Of a stretch of 64,000 nucleotides of DNA, positions 10,271 through 22,113 are shown piece by piece (the first letter of the stretch is position 1; each line of letters begins with the position of its first letter). Location: the NCBI GenBank assembly GCA_043228905.1, contig JBHGNT010000013.1:7936001-8000000 (forward strand). The letters run 5' to 3'. A program made the position numbers and the translations under genes. The notes below the pieces were generated by a model. That model saw nothing but the letters and a program-made list of their open reading frames with translations, was not told the DNA's origin and ran no database searches. The stretch is from Azolla caroliniana (lineage: Eukaryota; Plantae; Polypodiophyta).

Positions 10271-13200
10271 TTGGCAAGCGGAGAAGGCGAAGAAGAAGGG
10301 GAATACAGTGTGCACACGAACTACCGTAGCAGCAACGAAACCCCGAGCAGACCGGAGGACGAAGGATCAGATACCTTATCGACACCGGAACTAGAAGTGC
10401 TAACGCTGGAACCCCCGGAACCAACAGAAGAAGAGCGACCTCCGACACCGGAAGTCGAGGAGGAGAGGCCTCCGTCACCAAAAGAAGAGGAAAGACCACC
10501 AACACCAGAAACAAATTGGGAAAGACCACCGACGCCGGAGAAAATCCCGGAACGAGCACCAACACTGCCAGCCCGCGGACCGATACCGAACGACAACATG
10601 TCGTTCCAGTATTCCAAGTATAGAGATGATCCGGATGCGGAAGCTCACGTGCACGCCTTTGAACAGACCTGGGAAGCCAACCATGTGTCCCAGCGATTGA
10701 CCCCGGATGAAGAGGAACGCTCTAAGATAGCGGAATTTGGCATCACATTGGAGGGACCAGCAGCAAGATGGCGCCGGACGCAGGACCCGTCTACCATCAA
10801 CACCTTTGCAAATTTAAAAGCTAAATTCTTGCATTTTTTCCAAAAGGAGGTGGACCAGACCGTAATGGTAGGCTTATTTTATACCATCCGATAGGAGGCA
10901 AGGGAGAGCATTCCCCAATTTGTCATCCGGTTTCAACGGATGCATAGTCAGCTTGCCCGCGCACCCTCAGAGGAGGAATTACGGACTATATTCCTAAACG
11001 CGCTCCGGGAACCCCTACGCACGGTTTGCACGGTAATTGACTTCCGCACAAGTACCATCGACCAGGTCATTGACAGGGTGAGAGAGATGGAAAAGACAAG
11101 CTCCTGCAAGGCTCACACTGGGAGCACTCCAACGGGCGTTACCGTCCGATGAAGACCTCCGGTTTCTCAAGCAATACAATGTACAACCTGCTTGAATTCC
11201 GGACACTCGGCTCTAGAATGCACTATGAGGACGCAATGTGTAATCTGTCAATCCAAGGGCCATACGACGGATAGGTGCGAGTATAATCTATTGAACCGGC
11301 AAGCACCGCCCGTCCGACAAATTGAGCTACGCAGCAGCCAGGATGAAGAAGAGGAACGTTGGCGGCGAATGCACCGCGACCGACCGGCACAGGATGTCCG
11401 GTATGGCGATCGACGGGAGAATGATGTCCGGTACGGTGATCGGTGGGATAACTATGACCGGCATGATCGGTACCAGGATTACAATAGATGATACGAACAT
11501 TATAACCGGGAGCACTCCCCCGGGTATCGTTAGCAACGGGAGGAATACGACAGATATAACGGGCAACCCCGTCAAGAGTACCGCAATAAGAAGATCTATA
11601 ACAAAAAACGGCATTTCAAAAAAGGCGGCTACCCACGGGATCCGGAACAAGGAGCTTCAAGCAGCCAACCGGCCCAAAATCCCGCGCGTACCGCAGGACC
11701 TGCCCCGGGTACAACAGACAATGCCGAATCCAGCAATACCCAGAAAGCCTATTGCTACTACTGCCAACAGGAAGGCCATTATAGTAATCAATGCCCGGTG
11801 AAGAGCTATGAAAAATGACCGGTGGTAAATATGGTAGTCCCTGAGGTGGCAGATCTGCAGTAGGTGACCACAAGGTCGAAGGGCATGGCCAAGGAATGGG
11901 AGACGCAGGAGACCATCCAGAAACAAGCGACAGAATGGGTGAAGAAAGCAAACGAGAAGAATGTCACAGACTTACAGCGGCAAAAGGAGAACACCGTAGG
12001 GCTTGCCGGCGGCAGTCACTCCGAGAACGAGACATGGCAGGCGTTGCAAGAATGCCAAATTACGCTGCCACTAGGAAGACTCCTACAACTCGTGCCAAGA
12101 TTCACGGAAGGACTGAAGACGGCCATGACGGCAGGAGAATCATCACCGGCACCGGTACTCTTCTCGAATCCGGAGGAGGGACCAATGGTGGTGGACACCA
12201 ACAGTCCGGTAATCACTGCCATTGTAAAAGGGAAAGAACTCCCCGACACAGTTATAGACGGAGGCTCTGGGGTGAATGTAATAAGCCTCCGGACGTGTGA
12301 TGCCCTAGGAATCCACGAGTGGGAGCCGTGTCCGTTCTGGTTGCGGATGGCTGATACAAGCTCAATACGGCCGACAGGATTAATACGGAAATTAGAAGTC
12401 ACCGTGGGCGGTCATACATTTCACATCTCGGCAGTAGTGCTACAATTATAGGCACAAGGCACATACCCGCTATTGCTGGGGCGGCCATGGTTGAAAACGG
12501 CACATATCAAACAAAATTGGAGGAAAAATATAATTACCTTCCGGCGAGGAAAAGCCAAGGTACGGGTACCAACACAGCCAAGGACGAGCATTGGCAAGGA
12601 ATGTACACCGTTCTATGCGGAATGCATCAACATGCTAGAAGGGTTAGTTGACGAAGAAGAAGCTCAGTACTTGCAGGAAAACCCGAAGATCATACCCCTC
12701 TTCGAAATTGACATTGTCGAAGCAGTAGCGCCATACTTACCGCAACTGGAAGAGGCTGAAGCAGAACCGGATAAAGACGCAATCTGGGAGTTACGGCAAG
12801 CGCAGGAAGCGTTGGAACGGGAAATGGCCGTTTCACAGCGCGTAAAACTCAATGCAGCTACGGTAACGGATGCGTTTCCACTTCCGTTCACAGATGGAGT
12901 GTTGGATGCCGTCGCCGGCCATGAGGTCTATAGCTTTCTAGACGGATTCAGCGGGTATAATCAGATCCGGATGCACCCCGACGACCAAGAGAAAACGGCT
13001 TTTGTCACCAAATGGGGGGTGTTTGTGGCCGTGGTGATGATGTTCGGACTCAAAACGGCACCGGCAACATTTCAACGAATCATCATGGAAAGCTTTGGTG
13101 AATATATTCCGGCTTTTATGCAGGTTTTCCTTGACGATTTCGCCGTCTATAGCCGGGAGGTGGACCATTTTCAGCACCTCCGTCTTTGTCTAGAAAAGTG

Positions 13201-15413
13201 TAGAGCGTACCGGCTAAGCTTGAATCCGGCAAAGTGTGTATTTGGCGTGTCCAGTGGAACTCTATTAGGACATATTGTGAGCTAGGAAGGTATTGCAATC
13301 GACCACGACAAAGTGAAAGCCATATTAGAAGCACCGGCGTCGGCGTCGGCAAAGGCATTAAGGCGGTTCTTAGGCCAGATCCGGTGGCACAGCCGGATGC
13401 TCCGATACCTGGCTGACCTGGCTACACCGTTGCATGCCGCCATACATCGGACACCATTCCAGTGGACCGACACCAAGGATAGGGCGTATAGGGCCCTCAA
13501 GGTACTATTGTCGCAAGCACCAGTAGTGCAGCCTCCGGATTGGAGTAAAGAATTTCATGTGTTCATGGACGCCTCCGACATCACAATCGGAAGCGTACTT
13601 ATGCAGCTTACGGTGCCAAAGTGGTACCGGCCAGTGTACTATGACAGCCGAAAGCTATCCCAAGCAGAACGGAACTACTCTACCACAGAACAGGAAGCTC
13701 TAGGGATGATCTACAGTGTGACAAAGTTTCGGCATTATTTATTCGGAAGGAAGTTTTCCTTCCATGTAGATCATTCGGCACTCCTTTACCTGGTGTCCAA
13801 AGCGTCACTCACCGGCAAATTGGCCCGGTGGACCTTACTGTTACAGGAATTCGAGTTTGAAATATTCCACCGACCCGGGATACAGCATGCCGTGGTGGAT
13901 TACTTAAGCCGATTAGAGTCCGGAGAGACAGGTGACGGAGTAGCGGATGAGTTTCCGGATGCAAAGCTGTTTCGAGTCACTACGGAAACGGCAGTAGATG
14001 AGACAGTGGCACAGGAAGACAAGTGGCTCACAAACATGCACCAGTTTCTGAGCACAGGACTGCCTCCGAAAGAGATGAACCGGGACGAACGGAAACGCCT
14101 GGCGGTGCAAAGCCGACATTTTTGCTTACTGCAAGACACACTTTACCACAAGGGCACGGACGGCATATGGAGACGGGTTGTGCGCAACGATGAAAAGGAC
14201 CTGATACTGAGGGAAGCCCACTGCAGAGTTGCCAGAGGTCACTATGCCGGAGATGCGATGGCCAGGAAAATATGGCAAAGTGGCCTATGGTGGCCAACGA
14301 CATTAAGAGATGCAATATGGTACGCAAAAGAATGTGACCTATGCCAGCGAATGGGCCAGCCAACGGAGCAGGCTCGTATGCCACACCAGCCGGTACTACC
14401 ACTCGAGCCATTCCAGAAGTGGGGGCTGGACTTTGTTGGACCATTCAAACCACCGGCAATGAGAACGGGTAATTGGTACGTCATCGTCGCGATGGATTAC
14501 TGCATGAAATGGGTGGAGGCCAAAGCCTTAAGAGACAACACCACTGCGTCAACGGCGAAATTCCTATACGAGTACATCTGGTGCCGTTACGGATGCCCAA
14601 TCGAATTAATAAGCGACCAAGGGGGGCACTTTCTCGGCCAAGTAGTTGAAAGCCTGACGACATTCTATGCCGTTGTCCACAAACGGAGCACACCATACTA
14701 TCCGCAAGCGAACGGGTTAGCGGAATCGACGAACAAAACGCTCCAAAATATCCTCCGGAAGATCGTCAATGAAAACCGAACGGATTGGGATACCAAGCTA
14801 CATAGCGCGTTGTGGGCATACCAGACGGCATACAAAACGAGTATCCGAACAACACCGTTCCGGTTAGCGTTCGGACTAGAGGCGGTAATGCCGGTGGAAT
14901 TCCAAGTACCTAGCTTACGGATCCAGCTACGGGAACGGCTGAACAAGAAGGAGTCGGAGGCAATATGGTTAACAGCGCTGTGTGAACTCGAGGAACAACC
15001 ACTAGCAAGCATCCTGCACTTAGAATTGGAGCAACGATGACGGAAAGCATTTGTCGACCGGCACAGGAAAGGAAACGAAAAAATGTTCGCAATCGGCAAA
15101 CCCGTGTTAGTATTTCAAACCCGGATGGGCAAGATGCCGGGGTAAACTACGGTTTAGATGGACCGGACCGTATTGGCTAACACGTGAGTATAATGGGTCC
15201 TACCAGTTAGGGACACTTGCCGGCGAAGTGCTAGGCAAATGGGTCAACGGATTCCGATTGAAGCCATATAGAGGACTGATGCCTAAGAACCCATTTGAGC
15301 AAAGGACCAACACCGATGAGCGAAACGGCAACCACCAAGACAGCAGAGACGGCGAGCCGGTAACTGGGGAGAATGAGGCAGGTAAGGGTCCGAGAGGACC
15401 AACGGACAAGTAA
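10271..15413 (+). pseudogene. C gag-pol with stops, frameshifts and an in-frame deletion in RT
   Basis: ORFs 10271, 10940, 11192, 11864 (VIDGGSGVNVI), 12473 (RT), 13313 (RNase H and integrase) and 15228 align collinearly with the A polyprotein. Confidence 0.93.
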
Positions 15414-18045
15414 CATCACACTAATAATAATAATAAATAAATAAATAAACGAAGTAATCATGCAAAAGCGAGGAATGAATGGATGAAAGAGCGAGGAGCG
15501 AAAAGGTACGTAGTGGGCATTTAAAGCGCCACCACAGGACATAATGCTATTTTAGTACACGACGTGCACACACTCGAAAAAGGCGCCAGAATGCACAGAG
15601 AAAAACCACTGCGCGTGGAGACCCTTTATTTTCGCGAACCCAGGAGCACAGAAGCACCAAGGCGCTGCAAGATCATCAGACGAGAACCTACGCACAGAGA
15701 ACCCCCGCCTTCTGAACTCTCTCTCTCTCAATCTCACCCTCATCACCATCCAACCTCGTCACCACAATCCGACCTCGACACAGACATGGACCCGCAAACG
15801 TTGTCGGAAGCCGCCAAGACATGGCTAAAGCAACACGGGCTCGAGGGCTTCTTGATGATGATGGAAGTACCACCACACAAAGAAGCCAACAAGGTGATCA
15901 AAGAAATCGACACAGAGGTCATAACGGCGGAGGCGATTTGAGCGTTAATAGGCCTCCCAGAGGGAGGCATACTCACGATTGACAGTCCGACCCCGGAGCA
16001 ACTCATCAGGTATTTTGGTGAGTACTCCTTAGCCAGCAAGGGCTACCGGACACAGGGCGGCAGAGATATGCTGTTCCGCGAGATTGCTCGTGTGCTCCAC
16101 AAATACGGCCATGTGTACCCTAAACCCCCTGTCATGCCGCAGAACCGGGCAGGGATGATCATCGCCACCTATGAAGGGATCAAGGTGGATTGGCCGGTAT
16201 TGATCGCAGACGGGTTGTGTGCGGCGATCGAGATCGTCAGAGGCAAAGACGGCAAAGAAGGCAGAGATGGACGGAGGATATGGCACGCCGTGGCTCACCT
16301 TGCTTGTGCCACCCGTCCAGCCCGTCCAGCCCAAGAAGCGAGGAAGAGTGGCGGACGGCACCCCAAAGACGGCTTCCAAATGACAACAGTTGTTGGCCTC
16401 TAAGGCCACTAAGGGGAAGGCGGCGGACGCAGAACAGGCGGGAAAGGAGAGCGGCAGCCGGAAGCAGCCAACGGATGCGCAGGAGCAACCACCGGCACGG
16501 CTCGTAAATGTTACACTCCGCCGACCGGTGAATAGAGAAGCAGACCCCTTGGCGGCAAAACTCAATGTTGGGACTCAGGAAGAGGAAATAGAGGAGGAGC
16601 CTACGGAGCACCTCCAACGACGGTCGTCGGCAAGGACCGTTGAGGCAGCCGGGAAATGTTCGGACCCTCAGACGGAGGGAACACCGGCTCCCCATATTGA
16701 GACTCCCACGGCAAGGGAGGAACCGGAACCGGTGCGCATGGCACCGGAATCAGAAGCCCCGGCACCACCGGCAACACCGGCAAGTCCCATCTCGCTAGAG
16801 CCGGAAAGGTCAATACAGCCTCCCTCGGCCAACCAAGAAGAAGCGCAAGGGGAACCAGGATAGCAGGGTGGTCCACGGGCAGAAACGGAATTGCAACTCG
16901 GTGTAACCAGGCAGGACCACCCATCTACAAGTGAGCCCATCTGTCAAACCTCCGTGCAAGCACAACAATGCACCGGTAGCCTGTGGCTCCGGTGGATAGG
17001 CGAACAAATAGACGGAGCAGTGGGGTATATTGAGGCGGAAGAAAGAGCGCAAAGCGAACGGTTGCTCGTCACAACAGAACAACTAGAGATGGCCCGGTTC
17101 AGAATCCGGTGCCTTGAAAAAGACTTGGATCAGGTCACGACAGAGATGGCCAAAATGGCCTTAACGGCAACACAGATCCAATCACCGGTGACTCCGGTAA
17201 GTGTACAAAATAAAGAAACAGATCAACCTATACATACCAATAAGACCCCGGCAACGGAAACCGTTCCGGCGAGAGATGCGGCGCAAGCCCAGGAGCTTGC
17301 GGAATTGAGAGATGAACTTGCCGCACAAGAAGCGCTAAGGAGCCGTGAACGGGAATTGAAGATAGCAGCCGAAGCCGAATTAAAGAAGACTGCTGAGAAC
17401 CTCCGACGGGCAGAGGAGAGCCTCCGGAAAGGCCATCAAGCGTACGACCGGCTAAGGGAGGAAAAAGACAAAGTGTTGCAGGAAAAGGACAAGTTGCGGA
17501 AGATGGCGGAAACAGAAATTGAACGGCTAAAGGAAGAGCGCCGCCAGCAGAAGGACCACGAGGACCGGGCCCGTCGACAGATCAACGCACGGCTCAAGCA
17601 AAAGACAGATGATTTTGAGCACCTGCACTGGGACTACAAACGGCTGGAAACGGAGCATAAGGAACGGATGGCCGAGCTCCAACAGGAAGTTGATCGTGCC
17701 GCGACGGCGATCACCGACGAACGTACGGAAAATACAAGACGCTTGGACGAGGCGGAGAAGTTCCGGATGGAGCTCCAGAGGCAGCAGCAGGAAGAAAAGG
17801 AGAGAGCGTCAACGATATTGTTATAGGTTTTTAGGGTTAGGGTTAAGGACGATGATGATTATCAATGACAAAGATAGACATGGCGTAATAGCGAAGATAA
17901 TGGAGAGTATGATGGTAAGAGAGATTGGCATGAAGATGTTGAGAATCGTTGAGAAGCATTGTGGGGTGGGGGGTGGTGCCTAGAATGGCTCCACCCCCCT
18001 CCCAAGGGGGTTCAACGTTGAGGGAGAGAGATAGGAAGAGAGATG

Positions 18046-18088
<43 letters not shown>

Positions 18089-18386
18089 GATTCCTTTTCT
18101 CATTCATTCCCCATAAGGGGGTTAAATAGTACAAGATGGGGTAGATACAAAGGGGTGTAAGCCCCCAAGAGCATTCATACTGGACACTCACTCATACGTC
18201 ATCGTATCCATCCACATGCACACACGTGTGCATGTGTTCCCATACGTATCGACTCACAATTACATTTATGCCCCCTACACCAATTACATTTATGCCCCCT
18301 ACACATACACAACAACATTATGATAACATTCGACCCTCACTCATCACACTTGACTCTCTGTACATCTCGTACGGGGTAACACAATA

Positions 18387-18427
18387 TGGCACGCCCGTGG
18401 GAAAGTGCCTTGCACATCGATCCCACA
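18387..18427 (-). other. tRNA 3'-half mimic (inverted PBS) in place of the PPT of E
   Basis: Minus strand TGTGGGATCGA-TGTGCAAGGCACT-TTCCCACGGGCGTGCCA, 5 nt before the LTR. Confidence 0.85.
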
Positions 18428-20344
18428 TGCCTTGATGATGATATTTCTTCGATCGAAACTTCCATCGGTCCTTTCATTGATCGACTCCCTCGATCGGAGT
18501 GCTTGACTCGAACATCTTTGTCAGTCAGCAAATCTTCTGCGACACGAACATTCTCGTTCTGTTGACTTACGAACTTCGTAAAATCATTTGGGTCGTCAAA
18601 AATATGTTGTATGTATGTGTGTTCTTCCTTTAATTTTTGTGTGGGTTGTCGTGGTCGATCACGTCGATTTCTTTAGGTGGATAAGTTTTTAGGTATTTTA
18701 AGCCTCAAATTTTCTAAACGAATGACAATGCTCTTAGCTTTTGAAAACTGTATATGTACCCTTATGTTTTTATAAAATTATGTACCCTCAAGGCTTTTAT
18801 AATTATATTTGATACCCCTATCTCCTTTTTTCCCCTCTCTTTTCTTTCTTTCTTCATTCCTTTTTTTTTTTTCTATTTTGCCTCTCCCGCTCTTGTCTGT
18901 CTGTCCATGCCTTTCTCTTCTTCCATGAATTCTTCTTTCTCTTCCTTCTCTGTTCATCAATGGCTACATCTTCTTCCACTTCTTCTTCTTCGTCTTCTTG
19001 TATATCATCTCCTTTCTTCTTCTTTCTTTGTCTCTCGTGCTCGCTTCTCCGTCTCTCCATGACTCCTTCCATTTCTCCTATCTTTCTTTCTCTTCTTCCC
19101 TGTTTGTGCTGCTCCGTGATTTCTTCTCCTTCATTCTTTTCTGTGTTTTCTTTGTTTCAGTTGGCTGCACATCTCTGTCGCATCATCCGTCTTTGTGCGA
19201 CCATTGTCCAACGCCGACGTTATTCGGTCATCTCTATCTTCATTTCTGTAGTTGTTCAGCCGTGTCTTTTTGGCTATCCGGCTCGTCGTTTCGGTCGTTG
19301 GTTGTCCAGCCATCGCCCTCGCTTCGACAGCTATTCTGCCATTCTGGTTGGTCTGCCTATCTCCCGGCCATTCTGGCCATTTTGGCCGCTCCAACCACTG
19401 TCCGACTTTGTATGGTCCCCGCTCCGGCCATCGCCATCGTTGTTTGTTGCCTGTGTCGGCCGTCTGGTCCGGCCGCCTCCGGTTTGGCACCGTTCGGCCA
19501 CTTTGACCGTTATGTGTCGTTGCACATTTCGGAAATCGATCCAACCGCTATCCAGCGCCTGCCGCTCTGCCGCTACCACTATACGACCGCCGTTCCATTC
19601 TGTGGCTGGTGCTGTCTCTGTCCGACCGAGTCGATCTGGCCACTCCGGCCACTGGTCGGCTATTCCGGCCGCTTTGGCTGCTCCTCGGCTCTCGGTTGGT
19701 CCGACTGCCTCCGTTTCGGACTCCAGCACCGTCTCTGTCGGTTTCGTCATCGTCCGACACCGTCCGTCATCCTGGCGGTCTGTCTGCTTCCCTAACCTTG
19801 TCCGGCCCTCCGGCCACTTTGGTGCCAACCAACTCTTGTTTTGGTTCCAACTTTTTCCGCTATGCTTCTCTGGAAACTGGAAACTGGAAACTGTGAACAC
19901 GTCCCATTCCGGTCCCGCACATCTTGCTGGCCCACGCTCCACACATTGCGTCTTCCTCCATAGTCTCCTTGGAACACGCACACGTTGCTGCTAACCGCAC
20001 ATTTGCACATTGTCATTTCCATTCTCGCACACTCATGTAACGCCATCATTTTGCAACTTGTTTTGCAACTTCCTCTCATGCATTGACACCGTTTTTGTAC
20101 ATCTTGGCCAACATTTCTCGGACATTTAGGGCAAAAACAGACCACACAAAACATTCACATATAGAGATTAATTCGTTGTAGAATTGTGCAGCAGTCAATC
20201 TTGTCAATCTTCCATTTCTGATTTCTTCCGCCTTTTGTTGCATATCGCCATCATTACCCAGACATCTCTTACATATCATCATCACTATGCCTCACATTGT
20301 CGCGTATCATTCTTCGACTCCGTCTCCAAAGGGGGGTCGCCTTA

Positions 20345-20354
20345 GTGGTCGCCA
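20345..20354 (-). promoter_or_regulatory. PBS of E, TGGCGACCAC
   Basis: Identical to the PBS of C, 5 nt from the LTR. Confidence 0.8.
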
Positions 20355-20586
20355 AAAGGTGTTATAGGTTTTTAGGGTTAGGGTTAAGGACGATGATGAT
20401 TATCAATGAAAAAGATAGACATGGCATAATAGCGAAGATAATGGAGAGTATGATGGTAAGAGAGATTGGCATGAAGATGTTGAGAATCGTTGAGAAGCAT
20501 TGTGGGGTGGGGGGTGGTGCCTAGAATGGCTCCACCCCCCTCCCAAGGGGGTTCAACGTTGAGGGAGAGAGATAGGAAGAGAGATG

Positions 20587-20624
<38 letters not shown>

Positions 20625-21634
20625 TGATTCCTTTTCTCATTCATTCCCCATAAGGGGGTTAAATAGTACAAGAGGGGGTAGATACAAAGGGGTGTAAGCC
20701 CCCTAGAGCATTCATACTAGACACTCACTCATACCTCCTCGTATCCATCCACATGCACACACGTGTGCATGTGTTCCCATACGTATCGACTCACAATTAC
20801 ATTTATGCCCCCTACACATACACAACAACATTATGATAACATTCGACCCTCGCTCATCACACTTGACTCTCCGTACATCTCGTACGGGGTAACAAGTATT
20901 GCAGAAATTACAAAGCACATATCAAAGGCAATTGACGCATTACGAGGAGCAGGCGGAGGACAACGTCAAAATCATTAAGCAACTGAAGGAGGAACAACAA
21001 GCGGCGGAAAGCAAATCGCAATTGGGAACAGGCCGGATTCAGTCCATCCTCTGGGCATGGCTGAATCAGACAAAACACTTGATTGATGAAAGCTCTGTAA
21101 GCTGGTGGACAAAGTGGGCACAAAACGCGGCGGAACTCCAATTGCTACGGGCAGACGTGGCAAACCGGCGGAAGGAAGGAGATGATTGTTATACGTTGAC
21201 TTCCGAGGACTTCACCGCCATACAGGACGAGCTGGCCGACGACTTCCAAGTCCTGGCGGATGAACAGCTGGCGCAGGTCCGGCAACTCGTAGCTCAGCTA
21301 GACGATGATATGCTGGATGCTCAAATCCAGTTTGAAAGCTACGAGCGGTCCCGGGTTCGGGAAGAAAAAGCACGGCTTAGTGATGAGGAACCGTCGCCGG
21401 CCGAGGGCCAGCCCGAAACCAGTCAACCGGAGACCACTACGACGGAGGGAGCAACGACGGAGACACCGGTGTCAGAGCAACAAACGGGGAAGCAGCCGCA
21501 GCAGCCACCAACGGATCCGTCGCAGCAGACATCAACAGAGCAACAACAACAACAACAACCAATTCCAGATGAACCATTAGAGACCCTCGACCAAAGCATT
21601 CTGGATATTTTGGACGAAGAATAGCAAGGGTCGG

Positions 21635-21676
21635 TTGTGGATTCGACGTACAAGGTACTGTCCCACGGGCGTGCCA
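21635..21676 (+). other. tRNA 3'-half mimic (inverted PBS) in place of the PPT of C
   Basis: TTGTGGATTCGA-CGTACAAGGTACT-GTCCCACGGGCGTGCCA, 2 nt before the 3' LTR. Confidence 0.85.
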
Positions 21677-21678
21677 TG

Positions 21679-22113
21679 TGTTACCTGCCGGCAAAGGAGT
21701 CCAGAGTGTGAAACGGGGAGTTATTTAAGTAGTAGGAATGTGGTTGTAATTAAGCTATGAGTGTGGACGGACGGACCGGAATCGGTATGCCGTTCCGGAT
21801 CCGGACCGATCCCGAACAGGTGCGGATGGCACCGTTTTGTAATACAGACCGGAAACCTATTTAAAGGCCCGGATACAATGTAATGAATAGCGGTTAAGTA
21901 ATAAAGCTTAGTGTTGTTATCTCTTTGTGTTAATTGTCGTTCTGCCTTCATTGTTATATCTTACGCGTGTGATTATTAAAGACGATCATGCTAAGTAACC
22001 TAATTAAGTCGGATTAATCGTTGAGTCTAATCCTGTTGCCGTAACACCCCTTTGGTGAAGTGTCTTCCGTAGACACCCTGTGTTAGGCCATTGTCCGGCC
22101 CTAAGAGTTAACA
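21679..22113 (+). repeat. 3' LTR of C
   Basis: TGTTACC...GAGTTAACA. Confidence 0.95.

Larger units (their letters stand above)
17819..20894 (-). mobile_element. Non-autonomous, non-coding LTR element E (TRIM/LARD-like)
   Basis: LTRs 17819-18381 and 20360-20894 (TGTTA...TAACA), degenerate TSD GATAT/AGTAT, and about 2 kb of internal sequence without protein motifs. Strand inferred from a minus-strand TATTTAA followed by a (CT)n tract and from the same primer-site layout as C. Confidence 0.9.
15786..21624 (+). pseudogene. C extra 3' ORF (ORF2), interrupted by E at 17819-20894
   Basis: MDPQTLSEAAKTWL..., a Pro/Glu-rich linker, coiled coil, AAELQLLRAD.NRRKEG and ILDILDEE*; homologous to D 38656-41805. 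Confidence 0.8.
9554..22113 (+). mobile_element. Ty3/Gypsy element C (same lineage as A and D), full length, with extra 3' ORF and no PPT
   Basis: LTRs 9554-9986 and 21679-22113, TSD ATGCT/ATGCC, PBS TGGCGACCAC at 9994-10003. Confidence 0.95.

Noticed and set aside
18960-19994. 344-aa plus-strand and 216-aa minus-strand ORFs inside E
   Set aside because: Low-complexity CT-rich and GGCC-rich sequence is open in several frames and has no recognisable motifs; treated as non-coding.
20325-20340. AAAGGGGGG as a PPT for E on the plus strand
   Set aside because: It lies more than 20 nt from the LTR with the PBS in between, and the promoter signals favour the minus strand.
21635-21676. The tRNA-like motif as a real tRNA gene or SINE insertion
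   Set aside because: Only the 3' half is present, CCA is encoded, there is no A box or TSD, and the position is fixed next to the LTR in three elements.
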